DNA of 64,000 nucleotides from an uncultured Methanosarcinaceae archaeon (GTDB lineage: Archaea > Halobacteriota > Methanosarcinia > Methanosarcinales > Methanosarcinaceae). The DNA lies in contig CAVSHT010000003.1 in the NCBI GenBank assembly GCA_963727895.1, positions 64,001 through 128,000 on the forward strand, written 5' to 3'. Numbering within the stretch: the stretch's first letter is position 1; every line of letters starts with the position of its first letter. Below the pieces are notes generated by a model that had not been told where the DNA came from, ran no database searches, and saw only the letters and a list, made by a program, of their open reading frames with translations. A program made the translations under genes and the position numbers. Of the stretch, positions 10,386-23,252 are shown piece by piece.

Positions 10386-11531
10386 ATGAGATCGAATAAA
10401 AAATTAGTGTTTATATCAGTAGTGATGATTTTATTTTTAATTGTAATTTCGTCTAGTGCATCAGCTGCTACTCTAAAGGTTGGATCTAAAGAAAAATATC
10501 ATACAATCCAAAGTGCTGTAAACGCTGCACATGATGGAGATACCATTATTGTTAATTCGGGTACTTATCATGAGACCGTAACGATTACAAAAAGTAGTTT
10601 AACAATCCTTGGAAAAAATTATCCAAAGGTTGATGGATTTACTGATTATGCTGATCCTTATAGTCAATATGGACAAACTGAAATTAATATCAATGGATTT
10701 TCTATAATCAAAAATGGTATTTATTTAGGTGGGTATGGAGCACAGAACGAAGTAATAAGAAATAATTATTTTTATTCTTGTAATGCTTATATGGATGGGG
10801 AAATGTCTACTGGTGCTATTAAAAACAACGATTTTACAAACGGTGGAATTTTTTTAGTAGATTCTTATGTAGACATTACTGGAAATAAAATTAGGAATAC
10901 AGATATTGGAATACAGTTAGCTGAAGGAGTTGGAGGGGATGTAAGTGCAGATATTTCAGAAAATAAAATAACTGGTTGTAATGTAGGAATTAAGTTTTGT
11001 GGAATTGTTATATCTAGTATTTATGATAATTACTTCAGCAATAAAAAGAATATAGTATTTGATCCATCATATCCTTCAGAGGATTATAGTGGTCAGTCTT
11101 GGAATACTACTAAGACTCCAAATTATAACATTGTTTTAGGACCTTACATTGGTGGAAACTTCTGGGGTTCTCCTAATGGCAAAGGTTTCTCCCAAACAGC
11201 TGTTGATAATAATTATGATGGAATTGCAGATTCCCCTTATAAAATAGACAATAACAATATTGACTACTTACCTCTAGTTGCTATCAAGTCTCCAGTAGCT
11301 TCTTTCACAATGTCAAAATCAAGTGGAAAAGCACCATTAACAGTTTCATTTACAGATACAAGCAAAGGGGTAAATATGACCGAAAAATGGAATTTTGGAG
11401 ATGGAACAACTTCAACTTTAAAGAGCCCATCACACAAGTATAAAAAGGCGGGAAAGTTTAAGGTTATTTTGACAGAAACTAATAAGATTGGAAGCAATTC
11501 AAAGAGTCAATTTGTAACAGTTACTAAATGA
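10386..11531 (+). CDS. Secreted right-handed beta-helix (NosD-like) + PKD cell-surface protein
   Basis: Signal peptide after ATG 10386; YHTIQSAVNAA..GDTI.V..G.Y.E; GPYIGGNFW..P.G.GFSQ; C-terminal PKD. Confidence 0.85.
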   Translation: MRSNKKLVFISVVMILFLIVISSSASAATLKVGSKEKYHTIQSAVNAAHDGDTIIVNSGTYHETVTITKSSLTILGKNYPKVDGFTDYADPYSQYGQTEININGFSIIKNGIYLGGYGAQNEVIRNNYFYSCNAYMDGEMSTGAIKNNDFTNGGIFLVDSYVDITGNKIRNTDIGIQLAEGVGGDVSADISENKITGCNVGIKFCGIVISSIYDNYFSNKKNIVFDPSYPSEDYSGQSWNTTKTPNYNIVLGPYIGGNFWGSPNGKGFSQTAVDNNYDGIADSPYKIDNNNIDYLPLVAIKSPVASFTMSKSSGKAPLTVSFTDTSKGVNMTEKWNFGDGTTSTLKSPSHKYKKAGKFKVILTETNKIGSNSKSQFVTVTK

Positions 11532-11546
11532 GAAAATATAATTTTC

Positions 11547-11695
11547 TTTCATTTGTATTCGATTAAGGAATCTGTTAACGTTGTAATGACTACTGCAATA
11601 ATCTATGCATCTCGATTTACATTTATAGGTTTACAGAAATGGCAACAAAGATAACATATTTTTTATAGATCGTATCTTAACCGAATACAAATGAA
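11547..11695. mobile_element. MITE with TTCATTTGTATTCG(A/G)TTAAG inverted ends
   Basis: Inverted ends; about 95 bp recur inverted at ~47575-47669. Confidence 0.65.
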
Positions 11696-12944
11696 TTTTC
11701 TTTTACTCTTTTTAATAACTGTTATTGGATTATTATTAACTGCAGGAATAATTTGTCAATTTAAATAGGGTGGTGTGTATAGATTAATTAAATTATTCTA
11801 TAGTACACCCTTTTCTGTTAATCACAATTTGCAAATTTTCGATGTATTAATTTGGGTCACGATATTTTAAAAAAAGTTTTATGAAATTTTGAGAGGGGGG
11901 TCTGTTTAAATAGATTGAATAATTGTTAGACAATTATTTGAAAAAAATTTCCAAATCGTTTGACACATTTCTGAAGAAATTGATAAAAATTGCCTGAACT
12001 ATTACCCTATCAGTATTTCAATTAATTTTTCTGTCGTTGCGTCTAACAATAAATAATTAAAACCATATAACACACACGTATGTGGTAAAATGATCAATAT
12101 AATTCAAGTGCAAGCTGAGGTTAGTAAATAAAATTAATTATAACTATAATTAGGCAGTTATATCTAATGACAATGAAACAGCATAATGTGTGACCATGAA
12201 AGAAACGCAGTTAAAAATGTGAATTACCAATGTCTATAGCGCTTACAAGTTTTTTATTAAATTAATGTATGAAAATATAATATAAGAAGACTTCCACCAC
12301 GAATTATTGTTTCCTGGACGTTCGATTGCATTCTAATTTAGAGACTTTTTATTATTTTCTGGTCTTGTATTGATTGCAGTCAATTGCTAGTGAAATTAAT
12401 GATAAATTTTGGCAATCCCAGAAGATATTAAAAAGTCTCCTAATTTATTAAGTAGTTTTAACTCTTCTATTTCTTTTATTTTGAAATAATATTCAGAAGA
12501 ATTTCTTCTGTAATTTTGATAGGATAGTAGGTTGTATCTAGATTGTAAAACAAACCTCCTTTTATGGATATGCAGGGAGCTTTGGTGGAGAGTTTTCCTG
12601 CAAATTATAATAGCAAATTGATCCTTAGTAATAGGCTTTTTACATTCCAGTTTTTTATCCATTTTTTGAATTTATAGAGGTTCCTGATAATATAATTCAC
12701 AATCTCAAAAGTTTTTTAAGCTATTATGTCTTCAACAGCTCTTTCTAGAAAAGAGAAATCCCTAGAATATAAAAGTTTATCCCCTCGATGTTCTCTTTTC
12801 TTTTTCTTCTTTTTATTAGAGTATTTCAATATTCAGCGCCTATTGTTATTGATTTACAAAACCCTTTAATTGTGATTTATCACATAAATCAATGCAGGAG
12901 CAAGAGAACTAATTATAAATATTATAAACATTATAACAATTATC

Positions 12945-13160
12945 ATGCAAGCGAAAACTACAATCCAGATATCAACAAAAAATCGAGATGAGCTAAAGGC
13001 TATCGGAAAATTCGGTGAAAATTACGATGACGTCATTGAAAAATTGATCAACGAGTACAAAAACCAAGAACATAAAACACGAATTGACCGAATAGCGACA
13101 GAAGCAAAGCAACACTTTCGAGATCATCGGGATGAATATGTGAGTATAGATGACCTTTAA
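12945..13160 (+). CDS. Putative antitoxin (RHH-like)
   Basis: TTIQIS...RDELKAIGKFGENYDDVIEKLI; overlaps the toxin start; C-terminal YVSIDDL. Confidence 0.75.
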   Translation: MQAKTTIQISTKNRDELKAIGKFGENYDDVIEKLINEYKNQEHKTRIDRIATEAKQHFRDHRDEYVSIDDL

Positions 13161-13416
13161 AGTTTTCATAAAAGCAAAAGTTCTTGATGACCTACCACAA
13201 AGTAGAAGAAAACAAGTTGCTGAAGCTTTAAAAGATCTAAAAAATGGGTTTCAAGGCGATAATAAGTGCAGAATAGAAGGTTATAAAGAAGATGTGTACC
13301 GCCTTCGAATCGGGAATTACAGAGCGTTCTATACCGTTGATTTCGAAGAGAATGCAATTGTTGTTTTTGACATCCTGACACAAGAGCAAGCGCACAAGAA
13401 ATACAACCGTCTTTGA
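13150..13416 (+). CDS. RelE/ParE family toxin
   Basis: 88 aa; YRLRIGNYRAFYTVD. Confidence 0.85.
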   Translation: MTFKVFIKAKVLDDLPQSRRKQVAEALKDLKNGFQGDNKCRIEGYKEDVYRLRIGNYRAFYTVDFEENAIVVFDILTQEQAHKKYNRL

Positions 13417-13430
13417 TTTTTCTATTCTTT

Positions 13431-13967
13431 TTACCAAAACTTATACCATGGCCTCTTTTTATCTCCAGGTGCTTCTATTGACTTCTGATTCAGCATATCA
13501 TGAATATTAATTGCCTGAGATTGCATTGTATTTGTTAGATTTTCAATTTGGGTGTCCTTTTTCTCTAACTGTTGATCTTTAACCGCAAGTTGGTCTAACA
13601 GATCTTTAATTCTTGCGTTCTGTAGATCATCTTTAATTTTGATTTGTTCTTGAAGGTCTTTAATTCTAGCTTCATGTAATTGCAGAATTCCTTTATTATC
13701 AGGTTCTTTATTTTTTAGATTTTCAAGATTTTTTAACAAATTTTCATTATAGTTTTGTAACTCTTTTATTTTTACATCTTTTTCTTCTATGCAATTTTCA
13801 TGTTCAGTGATCGTGATTACATCTGTCTTACAGATAAGTTCATTTTGATTACACAAGAGTTTTAAGCCCGCAATTATAGCATCAGTCATGTTCTTATACT
13901 GCTGATTACAGTCATCATACATCTCTATCGGTATTCTAGCAGTCACGGACTTTTTTATCTGCTGCAT
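13431..13967 (-). CDS. RHH-like N-terminus + coiled-coil protein with basic/aromatic tail
   Basis: SVTARIP.EMY; long heptad region (KDQQLEKKDTQIENL); ends KKRPWYKFW, a style of tail seen in plasmid proteins. Confidence 0.7.
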   Translation of the reverse strand: MQQIKKSVTARIPIEMYDDCNQQYKNMTDAIIAGLKLLCNQNELICKTDVITITEHENCIEEKDVKIKELQNYNENLLKNLENLKNKEPDNKGILQLHEARIKDLQEQIKIKDDLQNARIKDLLDQLAVKDQQLEKKDTQIENLTNTMQSQAINIHDMLNQKSIEAPGDKKRPWYKFW

Positions 13968-14230
13968 ATTGATTACATATGTCTTACAGGTTAAATAGAT
14001 AATTATTTGTTTTTTTGCAAAATAATTTTCTCTATTATTTTAAAGTTTTAAGTCTTTTTTATATATAACCTAATATTCAAATTAAAAGTTATTGTTTAAA
14101 ATATAACGTGAACAGTATTGAGAAACACATAAAATTCATTATGAGGTGGGTAAGTGACTGGAATATCAAATAAACTGAAAATACTGTATAAAGGAATTAT
14201 TAGCTATCTTTTTGGAGCTTTTTTTTAATA

Positions 14231-15289
14231 ATGAGTTTAAGTTCGTTTGGTTTACATAATTATATTGCAGGACTACTTTTCTTTTTAGCGTCAATTGTGA
14301 CAATTCCTCTAGCTGTAAATCAATTGAAAAAGAAAACAAGAATTACAATGAGTGGAATTACACAGTTTTTTATTGTTTTTCTTTTAGTAGCAACAGCATT
14401 TGCTGCTATCCCTGTTGCTCCATCTGCAACAAATAGTACCTTTAATAATTCCAAAATGATAGCAACGTCGCCGTCATCTGTCAATGGTAATGAGGTAGTC
14501 TTAGTACCAGCCAATTTGACTCAAGTTGCAACACAAAATCCTATCTCAAAACAAAATATAATATCAACTGCAACACCATCTCAAACATCTACTTCGATAA
14601 TTGAAAATAAAGGAAAACTGGACATTTTAACAAGCCCCACTGGTGCTACTATTATAATTGATGGAGTTTCTAAAGGAATTTCACCAATAGAGGGATTATC
14701 TGTTGATGCAGGAACTCATACTGTAGAAGCATATCTCTCGGGATATTCCTTACAAAAAGAAAAGGTAGAAATCTCAAATTCTGAAACAAAAAAATTATTC
14801 TATACTCTTATTATAAATACAAATTTAAGTACAACATCAACAGGAATATCAACTTCTGAATCAACAAAGGCACAAGCCACAACATTAGATTCAAAGACTA
14901 CAACAACATCAGATACGAATAAGAAGAATAGTATATCTAATTATGAAAAATCGAAGTTTACAGCTACAACAACGTCAGATACGAATAAGAAGAATAGTAT
15001 ATCTAATTATGAAAAATCGAAGTCTACAGCTACAACAAAGTTAGATACGAATAATACAAACAATGATAGTGTATCTAATTATGAAGAATCAAAGTCTACA
15101 ACTACAACAACTTTAGATACGAATAATACAGACAATGAATTAATATATGCAAGCTCAAAATCTGATGTATACCATGCAGCAGGATGCAGGTATGTAGAAA
15201 GAATTAAGCCCGAGAATCTTATTACCTTTAAAAGCAGAAAAGAAGCCGAAGCCGCAGGTTATAGAGCATGTAAAGTATGTGGTGGTTAA
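14231..15289 (+). CDS. Membrane-anchored PEGA domain protein with Thr/Ser repeats and C-terminal Ada-like metal-binding domain
   Basis: Two TMs; S.P.GA.I.IDG...G.SP (PEGA); VYH..GCRY...EAEAAGYRACKVC. Confidence 0.8.
   Translation: MSLSSFGLHNYIAGLLFFLASIVTIPLAVNQLKKKTRITMSGITQFFIVFLLVATAFAAIPVAPSATNSTFNNSKMIATSPSSVNGNEVVLVPANLTQVATQNPISKQNIISTATPSQTSTSIIENKGKLDILTSPTGATIIIDGVSKGISPIEGLSVDAGTHTVEAYLSGYSLQKEKVEISNSETKKLFYTLIINTNLSTTSTGISTSESTKAQATTLDSKTTTTSDTNKKNSISNYEKSKFTATTTSDTNKKNSISNYEKSKSTATTKLDTNNTNNDSVSNYEESKSTTTTTLDTNNTDNELIYASSKSDVYHAAGCRYVERIKPENLITFKSRKEAEAAGYRACKVCGG
14897..15130 (+). repeat. Intragenic tandem repeat of about 63-69 bp (TTTSDTNKKNSISNYEKSK)
   Basis: Three to four visible copies. 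Confidence 0.8.
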
Positions 15290-15418
15290 TTAGCCTATTC
15301 TAGATTTTCTTTCTATTGTTCTTTTATTGTCCTATATTATTTTGGGTGAATAAACTAAGTGATTCTGTTGCAAAAAATCTGGCTTTGTTACAAAATCAGT
15401 GAAAAACTTCACACTTAG

Positions 15419-15594
15419 GTATCCTCTTCAAATTCAATGGAGAATTTTCCAACTAGTAAAATATGTACCAATTTTGTTAAACAGTTGTTAAGTTGAATAC
15501 ATTGCTTGATGTTGTTTCTTAGATTTGGTTAAATTTTTAAATTTTTAGCAAATACATGAAATTTACTTTTACCCATACAATTTGAAGAGGATAC
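15419..15594. mobile_element. MITE with GTATCCTCTTCAAATT inverted ends
   Basis: GTATCCTCTTCAAATT...AATTTGAAGAGGATAC. Confidence 0.75.
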
Positions 15595-15784
15595 GAATAT
15601 TTTGTATATTGTCCCTTCTTTTACAATTTAAAAGTTTAAAATATCTTATTTTTGCATATTTTCTCAATATTGAATTATCGGAAAGCCTTCTTCGGATAGG
15701 ATTACCGTACACATTTTAATTTCAATATTTTTATTTTTAATTTCGGCATGTTTTTAGAAAGTATGTCAAGCAATATCTTTAAAA

Positions 15785-15800
15785 GTAAGTAATTACTTAC
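15785..15800. promoter_or_regulatory. Probable TetR operator
   Basis: Perfect 16-bp palindrome GTAAGTAATTACTTAC between the TATA-like TTTAAAA and the TetR start. Confidence 0.75.
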
Positions 15801-15812
15801 ATACTTATTTAT

Positions 15813-16433
15813 ATGGAAGACACAGAACAAAGAATCTTAGATGCAGCTTTGAGGGTATTCGCCAGCGAAGGATACACAGGTGCGACTACTCGAAGAATTG
15901 CGGAAGAGGCAAACGTTGCCGAGGTAACTTTGTTCCGAAAATTTAAGTCAAAAGAAAATTTGCTTAGAGAGGTGTTAATCAATAACCAAACTGCTTTTTC
16001 ATCACTGTATGACTTATTCCAGAAAGAAAAAGATGTAAACCTTGAGGTCGAGCTTCGTATTTTGGGGAAAAACATTGCAAAAGTTATGAAGGATAAAAAG
16101 AAGGATAGCAAGCGCCGGATGTTTATGTTCATGCTGTTTGAAGAAGGAAAAAGGAGACCCGAAGTATCTGAGGCTCTATTAGCTTTTCTTCAAATGAACA
16201 TTAAGCCTTTAAGTGAATATTTTGAGCTACAAATTCAAAATGGGAAAATGCGTACCATCAATTCTAGATCGGCAGCAATAGCTTTTGTCAGTTATTTTGT
16301 CTACACAACTTTACTCAGAGAAGTATTTGGTGACAGTTTTTTGGGTGATTGTGATGAGGAGATTGAACGGTTTATTGACATATTTACTAAAGGTATCCTG
16401 AAGGTTGAAGAAAACTCAAAAACAGGTGAGTAA
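15813..16433 (+). CDS. TetR/AcrR family regulator
   Basis: [42 protein letters not shown]. Confidence 0.95.
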   Translation: MEDTEQRILDAALRVFASEGYTGATTRRIAEEANVAEVTLFRKFKSKENLLREVLINNQTAFSSLYDLFQKEKDVNLEVELRILGKNIAKVMKDKKKDSKRRMFMFMLFEEGKRRPEVSEALLAFLQMNIKPLSEYFELQIQNGKMRTINSRSAAIAFVSYFVYTTLLREVFGDSFLGDCDEEIERFIDIFTKGILKVEENSKTGE

Positions 16434-17183
16434 ATGGAACCAATTATTGAGATAAAAAATCTTGTTAAAGTTTTCCATTCAAGAGGGAGAACAATAACTG
16501 CAGTAAATGATGTCAGCTTCGATGTATTTAAAGGAGAAATTTTTGGTATGATAGGACCAAATGGAGCTGGCAAATCCACTACGTTTTCCATGCTTACTAC
16601 TTTGTTAAAACCTACTGGTGGCAGTATAAAGGTTGCGGGCTTTGATGTTCAAAAACAAGACGATAAAATAAGACCACTCATAGGCATAGTCCCACAGAAG
16701 CTCAGCCTTTATCCACTCCTTACAGCCAGAGAGAACCTGGAATTTATGGGTAATCTCTATAACATTCCAAAAAAAGTTTTAGAAGATAAAATCGACTACT
16801 ATCTGAAGCTTGTAGGACTTGAAGCTAGTTCTGATCGCTATACTGGAGGTTTTTCTGGTGGTATGAAGCAGCGCTTATCAGTAATCGCTGCGGTATTGCA
16901 TGATCCTCAGATTTTATTCTGGGACGAACCTTCAACCGGTCTTGATCCTCAGACTAGAAATGTTATCTGGAAACTTGGTAGAAAATTCAATGAAGAGGGA
17001 AGAACGCTAGTTTTTACAACTCATTACATGGAGGAGGCAGATAATCTCTGTAACAGGGTTGCTGTAATGGATTCAGGCAAAATGGTAGCTCTTGATGATC
17101 CCGAACGTTTAAAGAAAACTACCGGAAGTACAAATCTTGAAGAAGTGTTTGTACATTTCACCGGAGAACAGGTACGTGATTAA
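16434..17183 (+). CDS. ABC transporter ATP-binding protein (DrrA-like)
   Basis: GPNGAGKST, FSGGMKQR, DEPSTGLD. Confidence 0.95.
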   Translation: MEPIIEIKNLVKVFHSRGRTITAVNDVSFDVFKGEIFGMIGPNGAGKSTTFSMLTTLLKPTGGSIKVAGFDVQKQDDKIRPLIGIVPQKLSLYPLLTARENLEFMGNLYNIPKKVLEDKIDYYLKLVGLEASSDRYTGGFSGGMKQRLSVIAAVLHDPQILFWDEPSTGLDPQTRNVIWKLGRKFNEEGRTLVFTTHYMEEADNLCNRVAVMDSGKMVALDDPERLKKTTGSTNLEEVFVHFTGEQVRD

Positions 17184-18291
17184 ATGACAATAAAAACTGA
17201 GCTAATGGATTCATTAATAGTAGCAAAAAAAGAATTCAAAGTACTTTTTAGAAAAAAGTGGCTTGTAATTCCTTTGTTTTTATTTCCCATAATCATGATA
17301 GTCTTTTTTGGCTATGGAATGGGAGGGACTGTCAAAAATTCCCCTATTTTAATAGTTAATGACGACACAGGAAGAGCTTCAAATTCCCTTATTCAGGAGA
17401 TCGGAAGTTATACTCCAAAATACGATGCAAACCCAATGTTTTCAGTGACCTATACAAAGGATATGTCACAATCGGAGGCTGAGAGCAAAATAAATGATGG
17501 AATATACAAAGGTGTTCTGCTTATTCCAAATAATTATAGTGATAGCATAGCCAAAAATGAAAGTACTAGTTTAACGCTTCTGACAGATTCTTCAGATACG
17601 ACCACGAGTCAAACAATAATAAACTTTATAAGGCAATTGCTGTCAAAAACGGGATCAGTTATCCTAAACATTCCCAATATTTACGGTAACCTTGAATATT
17701 TAGATTTTCTCACACCAGGCGTTATAGCTCTTACAGTGTTTATGGGTTCTGTAGCAACTACAGGTTCTGCAATTGCCGGAGAAAAAGAAGACGGTACACT
17801 TATTCGTATGCTGATGACACCAATCAGTAAGAGATCTGTAATTCTAGGAAAAACGATCTACCAGTTAATCTTGCAATTAGCTAGAGCTGTTGTTCTGATA
17901 CTTGCAGCGTTTTTCCTTGTAGGATTCCATATGAATGGTAGCTGGCTTCTTATTTCTCTTGTGCTTGTTATTTTCACTCTTGGTGGCGTAGGGATGGGAA
18001 TAGTCATGTCTTCAAGGGTAGAAGATATGGAATCTTTCTTTCAATTAAACATGCTAATTACTATGCCATCAATGTTTGTTACAGGCGTATTTTTCCCCTT
18101 GAGCTCGGTTCCTGATTGGATGCGTTATATAGCTTATTGCTTGCCGTCTGACTTATGCAATCGATGCTATGCGTACTATTATGATCAAGGGTCAGGGTTT
18201 GAACGCCATATCTAGTGATTTGATAATACTTACACTCTTTGCAATTGTTACTTTTACTTTAGGTGTCCATCTTTTCAGGAGGGAAGCATAA
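17184..18291 (+). pseudogene. ABC-2 permease with a late +1 frameshift
   Basis: Extra base near 18147 (CCG-t-CTG-ACT-TAT); shifted frame continues LTYAIDAMRTIMIKG to TAA 18291. Confidence 0.8.
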
Positions 18292-18292
18292 A

Positions 18293-19280
18293 ATGAAAAA
18301 AATGATAATAATCTCTCTTCTATTAATTGCTATGATGTCATGTGCAGAAGGAGCTTCTGATACCCCAAACAATTATAATGTTCCCCAGAGCTTTGATCTT
18401 GGAAAAAACTATTACACTGTTTACGGTAGTCCTGATCTTAATGCTAATATTATTGGAAGTAATGAATTTGATAAGGACCAAACTGGCTACTTTGAATATT
18501 AATCTAATGAACAGAGGTAAATTATTAGGATTCAAAAATGACAAAACTCCTTATGGTTCCGATGAAATGTATGCTGCCCAGACCGAAATGAAACTGGAAA
18601 GTGGTGTAGTTGACGCTGAAAACGTGGTAGCTTCTCTTTCAACAGATCCCGGAAGTCCAATAGAAATCAAATCAGTTAGCCAGCAGATAGGTTCCATAAA
18701 AAGTGGAGAAAATGCACTGGCACCGACACAATTTGCAATAAAAATTGATAAAAAGGCAAAAGCAGGAGAATATAACCTCTACCTGAACCTCTCTTATGAT
18801 TATCAAAAGAACGTCCAGATAATGGATCCGAATGTCACTGCTCAGACCTATGATGTAAATCGCTGGTATGGAACAATGGAACAGAACCAGACGTTAAAGA
18901 TTAAAGTGAAAGATCAGGCTGATTTTGAGATTGTAAATACTACAGGTAGTCTTTCTCCAGGTGGAGAAAATATAATTGATATAACAATTAAAAACACAGG
19001 TGAGGAAGAAGCAAAAAACGTTAAAGCAATTATTAATCCAGCTGATCCTTTAAGCACAACTGATAGTATGGCATTCCTGTCTACTATGGCACCTGGCAGT
19101 ACGGCTGTTGCAAAAATTAAGATTAAGGCAGATAGCGAAGCTGTACCCAAAGTATATGGAATTGATACGGTTTTAAAATATGAAACTCCAGAAGGTGACA
19201 CTAATTATTCCGATGTTCTTGATGCTCCGGTAGAGGTAAAAGAAGCTGGATTTTTCGAGAAGCTTTTTGGATGGATTTAA
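18293..19280 (+). pseudogene. COG1361-type secreted/S-layer domain protein, frameshifted near 18486
   Basis: Signal peptide in 18293-18502; body in another frame to 19280. Confidence 0.75.
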
Positions 19281-19407
19281 TCAAAAATATATCTTGGGGA
19301 GATACTCCTCAAGATCACTATTTTTATTTGAGTAAATAGATCTAAATATCATCACCAACACAAAGTATATATGTTATGGTGCGTTCTCTAGTCATGTTTT
19401 TACCGAA

Positions 19408-20031
<624 letters not shown>

Positions 20032-20175
20032 AAAACCTGGAAACTATTTTTATGGTTGGTTTGCTTATCTGGCAAACCGAACCACGATTTTAAAAATTCT
20101 ATTTTAAAATTCGATTTATTCTTTTTCTTAGTTAATTTCAAAATTGCTACTTATTCTTAAATTTATTTTTTTACA

Positions 20176-20959
20176 TTATAGGTTATGAGCTAATGCCACA
20201 TCAGGGCTCCCAGGAACAACATACCGCATACCAGCAATCTTTCCTATAACTACGGGCAGACCATATACCTCCTCAATAACCTGAGGTGTAATTACCTCAA
20301 CACCTCCGTGAGCGTGAATTCTCCCTCCTTTCAGGAAAATAAACCGATCTGCATACCTGAGGGCCTGGTTAAGGTCGTGCATTGTCATTACGGCTGCAAT
20401 CCTGTGCTCAAGGACAATCTGCCTGATAATAGTCAGAATTTCAACCTGATTTTTCATATCAAGACTACTTGTAGGTTCGTCAAGGAGGAGGTACTTTTGG
20501 CTCCTGTACGAGTGAGCGTGCAATTGAAACCTTCTGAAGTTCCCCTCCACTCATCTCATCAATATATGTAAGGCGAAGTTTTTCCATGGAAAGTAATCTG
20601 AAAACTGAATCGACTATTTGAAGGTCTTTTTCGGTAACATCCCATTTTATATGAGGCCTCCTTCCAAGCAGGACTGCATCAAAAGCTGTCAGCTTCCCGG
20701 TTTCCACCCGCTGAGGAACATACCCAACAAGGCGTGCGATCTCCATTGTTCCAAGGTCAAATAGGTTATTTCCATCAAGATGAACTGTTCCTCCTTTGGG
20801 GCGGAGAATTCTGTTTATACATTTTAAAAGTGTAATCTTACCAACTCCATTGGGTCCAAGGATTGCTACAATTTCTCCTTCCTCTATGGAAAAAACTATT
20901 TTATGGAGGATTTTACGGTTGCGAGACAAGAATTCAAGTTCCTCTACTGAAAGAATCAT
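20176..20959 (-). pseudogene. Iron/cobalamin-type ABC ATPase, frameshifted at Walker B
   Basis: GPNGVGK, MSGGELQK, EPKV then LLLDEPT in another frame. Confidence 0.85.
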
Positions 20960-22025
20960 CGTTTGTACCCCTTAAGAAGTAAGTATATGAAGACCGGTGC
21001 TCCCATGAAAGCAGTAAGGATAGATACGGGAAGCACATATGGTGATATTATAAGCCTTGCCGCAGTGTCTGACGCCAGAAGAAGAAGTCCTCCAAATATT
21101 GTAGAACCAGGTATCAGGTACCGCTGGTCATCTCCTATTACCTTTCTGACCATATGAGGGCAAACCAGCCCTATAAACCCTATAACCCCAAGAAACGAAA
21201 CAATCACTGCAGAGACTAGGGCTGCGCCTACCATACCTATTAACCTTATCCTTTCCACATTGACGCCCAGACCTTTTGCAGTCTCATCTCCTGCATCTAT
21301 TGCATTGTAATTCCAGCTGTTAGCAATGAAGAATATAATTGCAAGCAGCACAACGCCTGTCATTATCTCAAGTTCTGACCAGTTCACTCTTCCTACATCA
21401 CCAAGAGTCCAGAAAACAACTGCTGCAAGCTGGGTATCATCAGCAAAGTACTGGAGGAATGCTGTACCTGCGGTAAAGAGGGAAGAAAGCGCAACTCCTG
21501 CAAGTACCATTACCTCGGGTGAAGCTCCCCGTATACTTGAGATTAGCAAGATCATTCCTGTCGCAAGAAGGCAAAAGAAAAGAGCTACCGTTGTTGTCAG
21601 GTAAGGATTGTTGATTATCACGGCATCTGCAACTGTAGACTGTACTTTTCAGGTGCCGAGAAGCACAACAGATACTGCAGCTCCAAAAGCGCCGGCATTT
21701 GAAATTCCAAGCGTGAAAGGAGATGCGATGGGGTTACGCAGAATAGACTGCATCGCAACCCCTGCAATCTACAGCCCGGCTCCTGCAACTATTGCAGCCA
21801 GGGCTTGAGGAAGCCGGATGTTCCAGATTATTAAATTCCATTTTGTCGAAACACTGTGTCCTGTTATGGTTTGCAGTACTTCATAAGGTGGTATTGTCAC
21901 TGCTCCTACTGAGATTGAGTAAATAAGCATAATGAAGAGGAACAGAATCCCCCCATTATCCAAAAGTATTTTCTGCGTATATACACAAGATAATCTTCTG
22001 AAACTGCTCCTTTTGAGAAATGCAC
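20956..22025 (-). pseudogene. FecCD/BtuC family permease, multiply disrupted
   Basis: Frameshift near 21950, in-frame TAG 21769-71 and TGA 21649-51; [28 protein letters not shown] motifs. Confidence 0.85.
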
Positions 22026-22043
22026 TTTTTTAAACCCTCCATC

Positions 22044-23252
22044 TTATTGCAGAATTTGTTTAAATCCTAGATTACTGTATTGTTTGTTCAGATCTGAAAA
22101 TACAGGTTTACCAACGAAGAAAGTGTATATCTCGTTAGCTTTTGCTTCCGGATCGATATCTTTAAACCTATCTGGATAGAGCACTTTTCCTACAAAATAA
22201 GCGTTTGCAAGCACGGATTCATAATTAATGCTGTAGTAGTTGTAAGGAATCACTCCATAGACCTTTTTGTTTTTTACAGCTGAAAGTCCTGCGAGAGATG
22301 TATCATTCTTGAGCTCTCCAATTGCTCCTTCATTACCAAGCTGAAGGGTTCCAACATCAATGAATAGATAATCGGGGTCCCAGTCTACAAGTGCTTCTTT
22401 GGCAATATCCGCATGTTCTGTACCCATTCCGGCTGCAACATTCTTTGCATTCACCCAGAGGAATGGTGGATAAGCAGGTTCTGTAGAAATTATTCCATGA
22501 GCTCCTGCCATGCTCACACCACCAATATAGGCAGTCTTTCTTTCGGACTCGGGAATGTCGGCAGTCCTGTTTTCTAAGTCCTGCATAGTAGCATTGATAT
22601 AATCGATTATCTCTTCTGCTCTTTGCTGTTTACCTACTACTTTACCCATTATCCTTAAAGAGCTATACATTTCAGCTTTCTGTTTTTCATTCGTTAGAGA
22701 TCCGTAAGGGAACATGACAACGGAAATTCCGGTTTTATTCTGAAGTTTGTCGGCGTCAGCTGCACTGGTTGTTGTCGATTGACCACTTGTACTGGTTTTC
22801 AGAATGACCTGGGGGTTGATGGCAATTATCTTTTCAGGATCATCTTTACCTCTGAATTCCCCAATAAGGGGATAATCTTTAAGCTGCGGATTCGCAAGGG
22901 CATAGGGACGACCTTCTGATTCGCTTTTCTCTTTCTCTATGCCGTCAACCCCGACTACATTGTTCTGAGCTTGAAGGTATACAAGATAACGCAGGCATCC
23001 TGCTCCTGAGCAGACAACTTTGCTGACATTTTCAGGTATGGTGACGTTTCTCCCTACACCATCAGTTATTGTGATTCCAGGAGACTCTGCTACTTTATCT
23101 GTACTCGTGTTTCCAGCAGAGCTTGCGAGCCCTTCATTATTTTTCCCTCCAGATGTGGATTTGCTGGTACATCCAGAGGCTACTATCAGGGAAACAATGA
23201 GCAATCCTATAAGTATAATTTTTCTTAATTTAATACTTAAATCTCTTTTCAT
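22044..23252 (-). CDS. Iron-chelate/metal ABC substrate-binding lipoprotein
   Basis: Lipobox-like VASGC; ITDGVGRNVTIP; periplasmic-binding-protein motifs. Confidence 0.9.
   Translation of the reverse strand: MKRDLSIKLRKIILIGLLIVSLIVASGCTSKSTSGGKNNEGLASSAGNTSTDKVAESPGITITDGVGRNVTIPENVSKVVCSGAGCLRYLVYLQAQNNVVGVDGIEKEKSESEGRPYALANPQLKDYPLIGEFRGKDDPEKIIAINPQVILKTSTSGQSTTTSAADADKLQNKTGISVVMFPYGSLTNEKQKAEMYSSLRIMGKVVGKQQRAEEIIDYINATMQDLENRTADIPESERKTAYIGGVSMAGAHGIISTEPAYPPFLWVNAKNVAAGMGTEHADIAKEALVDWDPDYLFIDVGTLQLGNEGAIGELKNDTSLAGLSAVKNKKVYGVIPYNYYSINYESVLANAYFVGKVLYPDRFKDIDPEAKANEIYTFFVGKPVFSDLNKQYSNLGFKQILQ

Noticed and set aside
12396..12991. ORFs 12396..12662 and 12788..12991
   Set aside because: Low-complexity AT-rich frames without RBS or recognisable domains
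21769..21771. In-frame TAG in the FecCD permease as pyrrolysine
   Set aside because: The same gene also has an in-frame TGA and a frameshift
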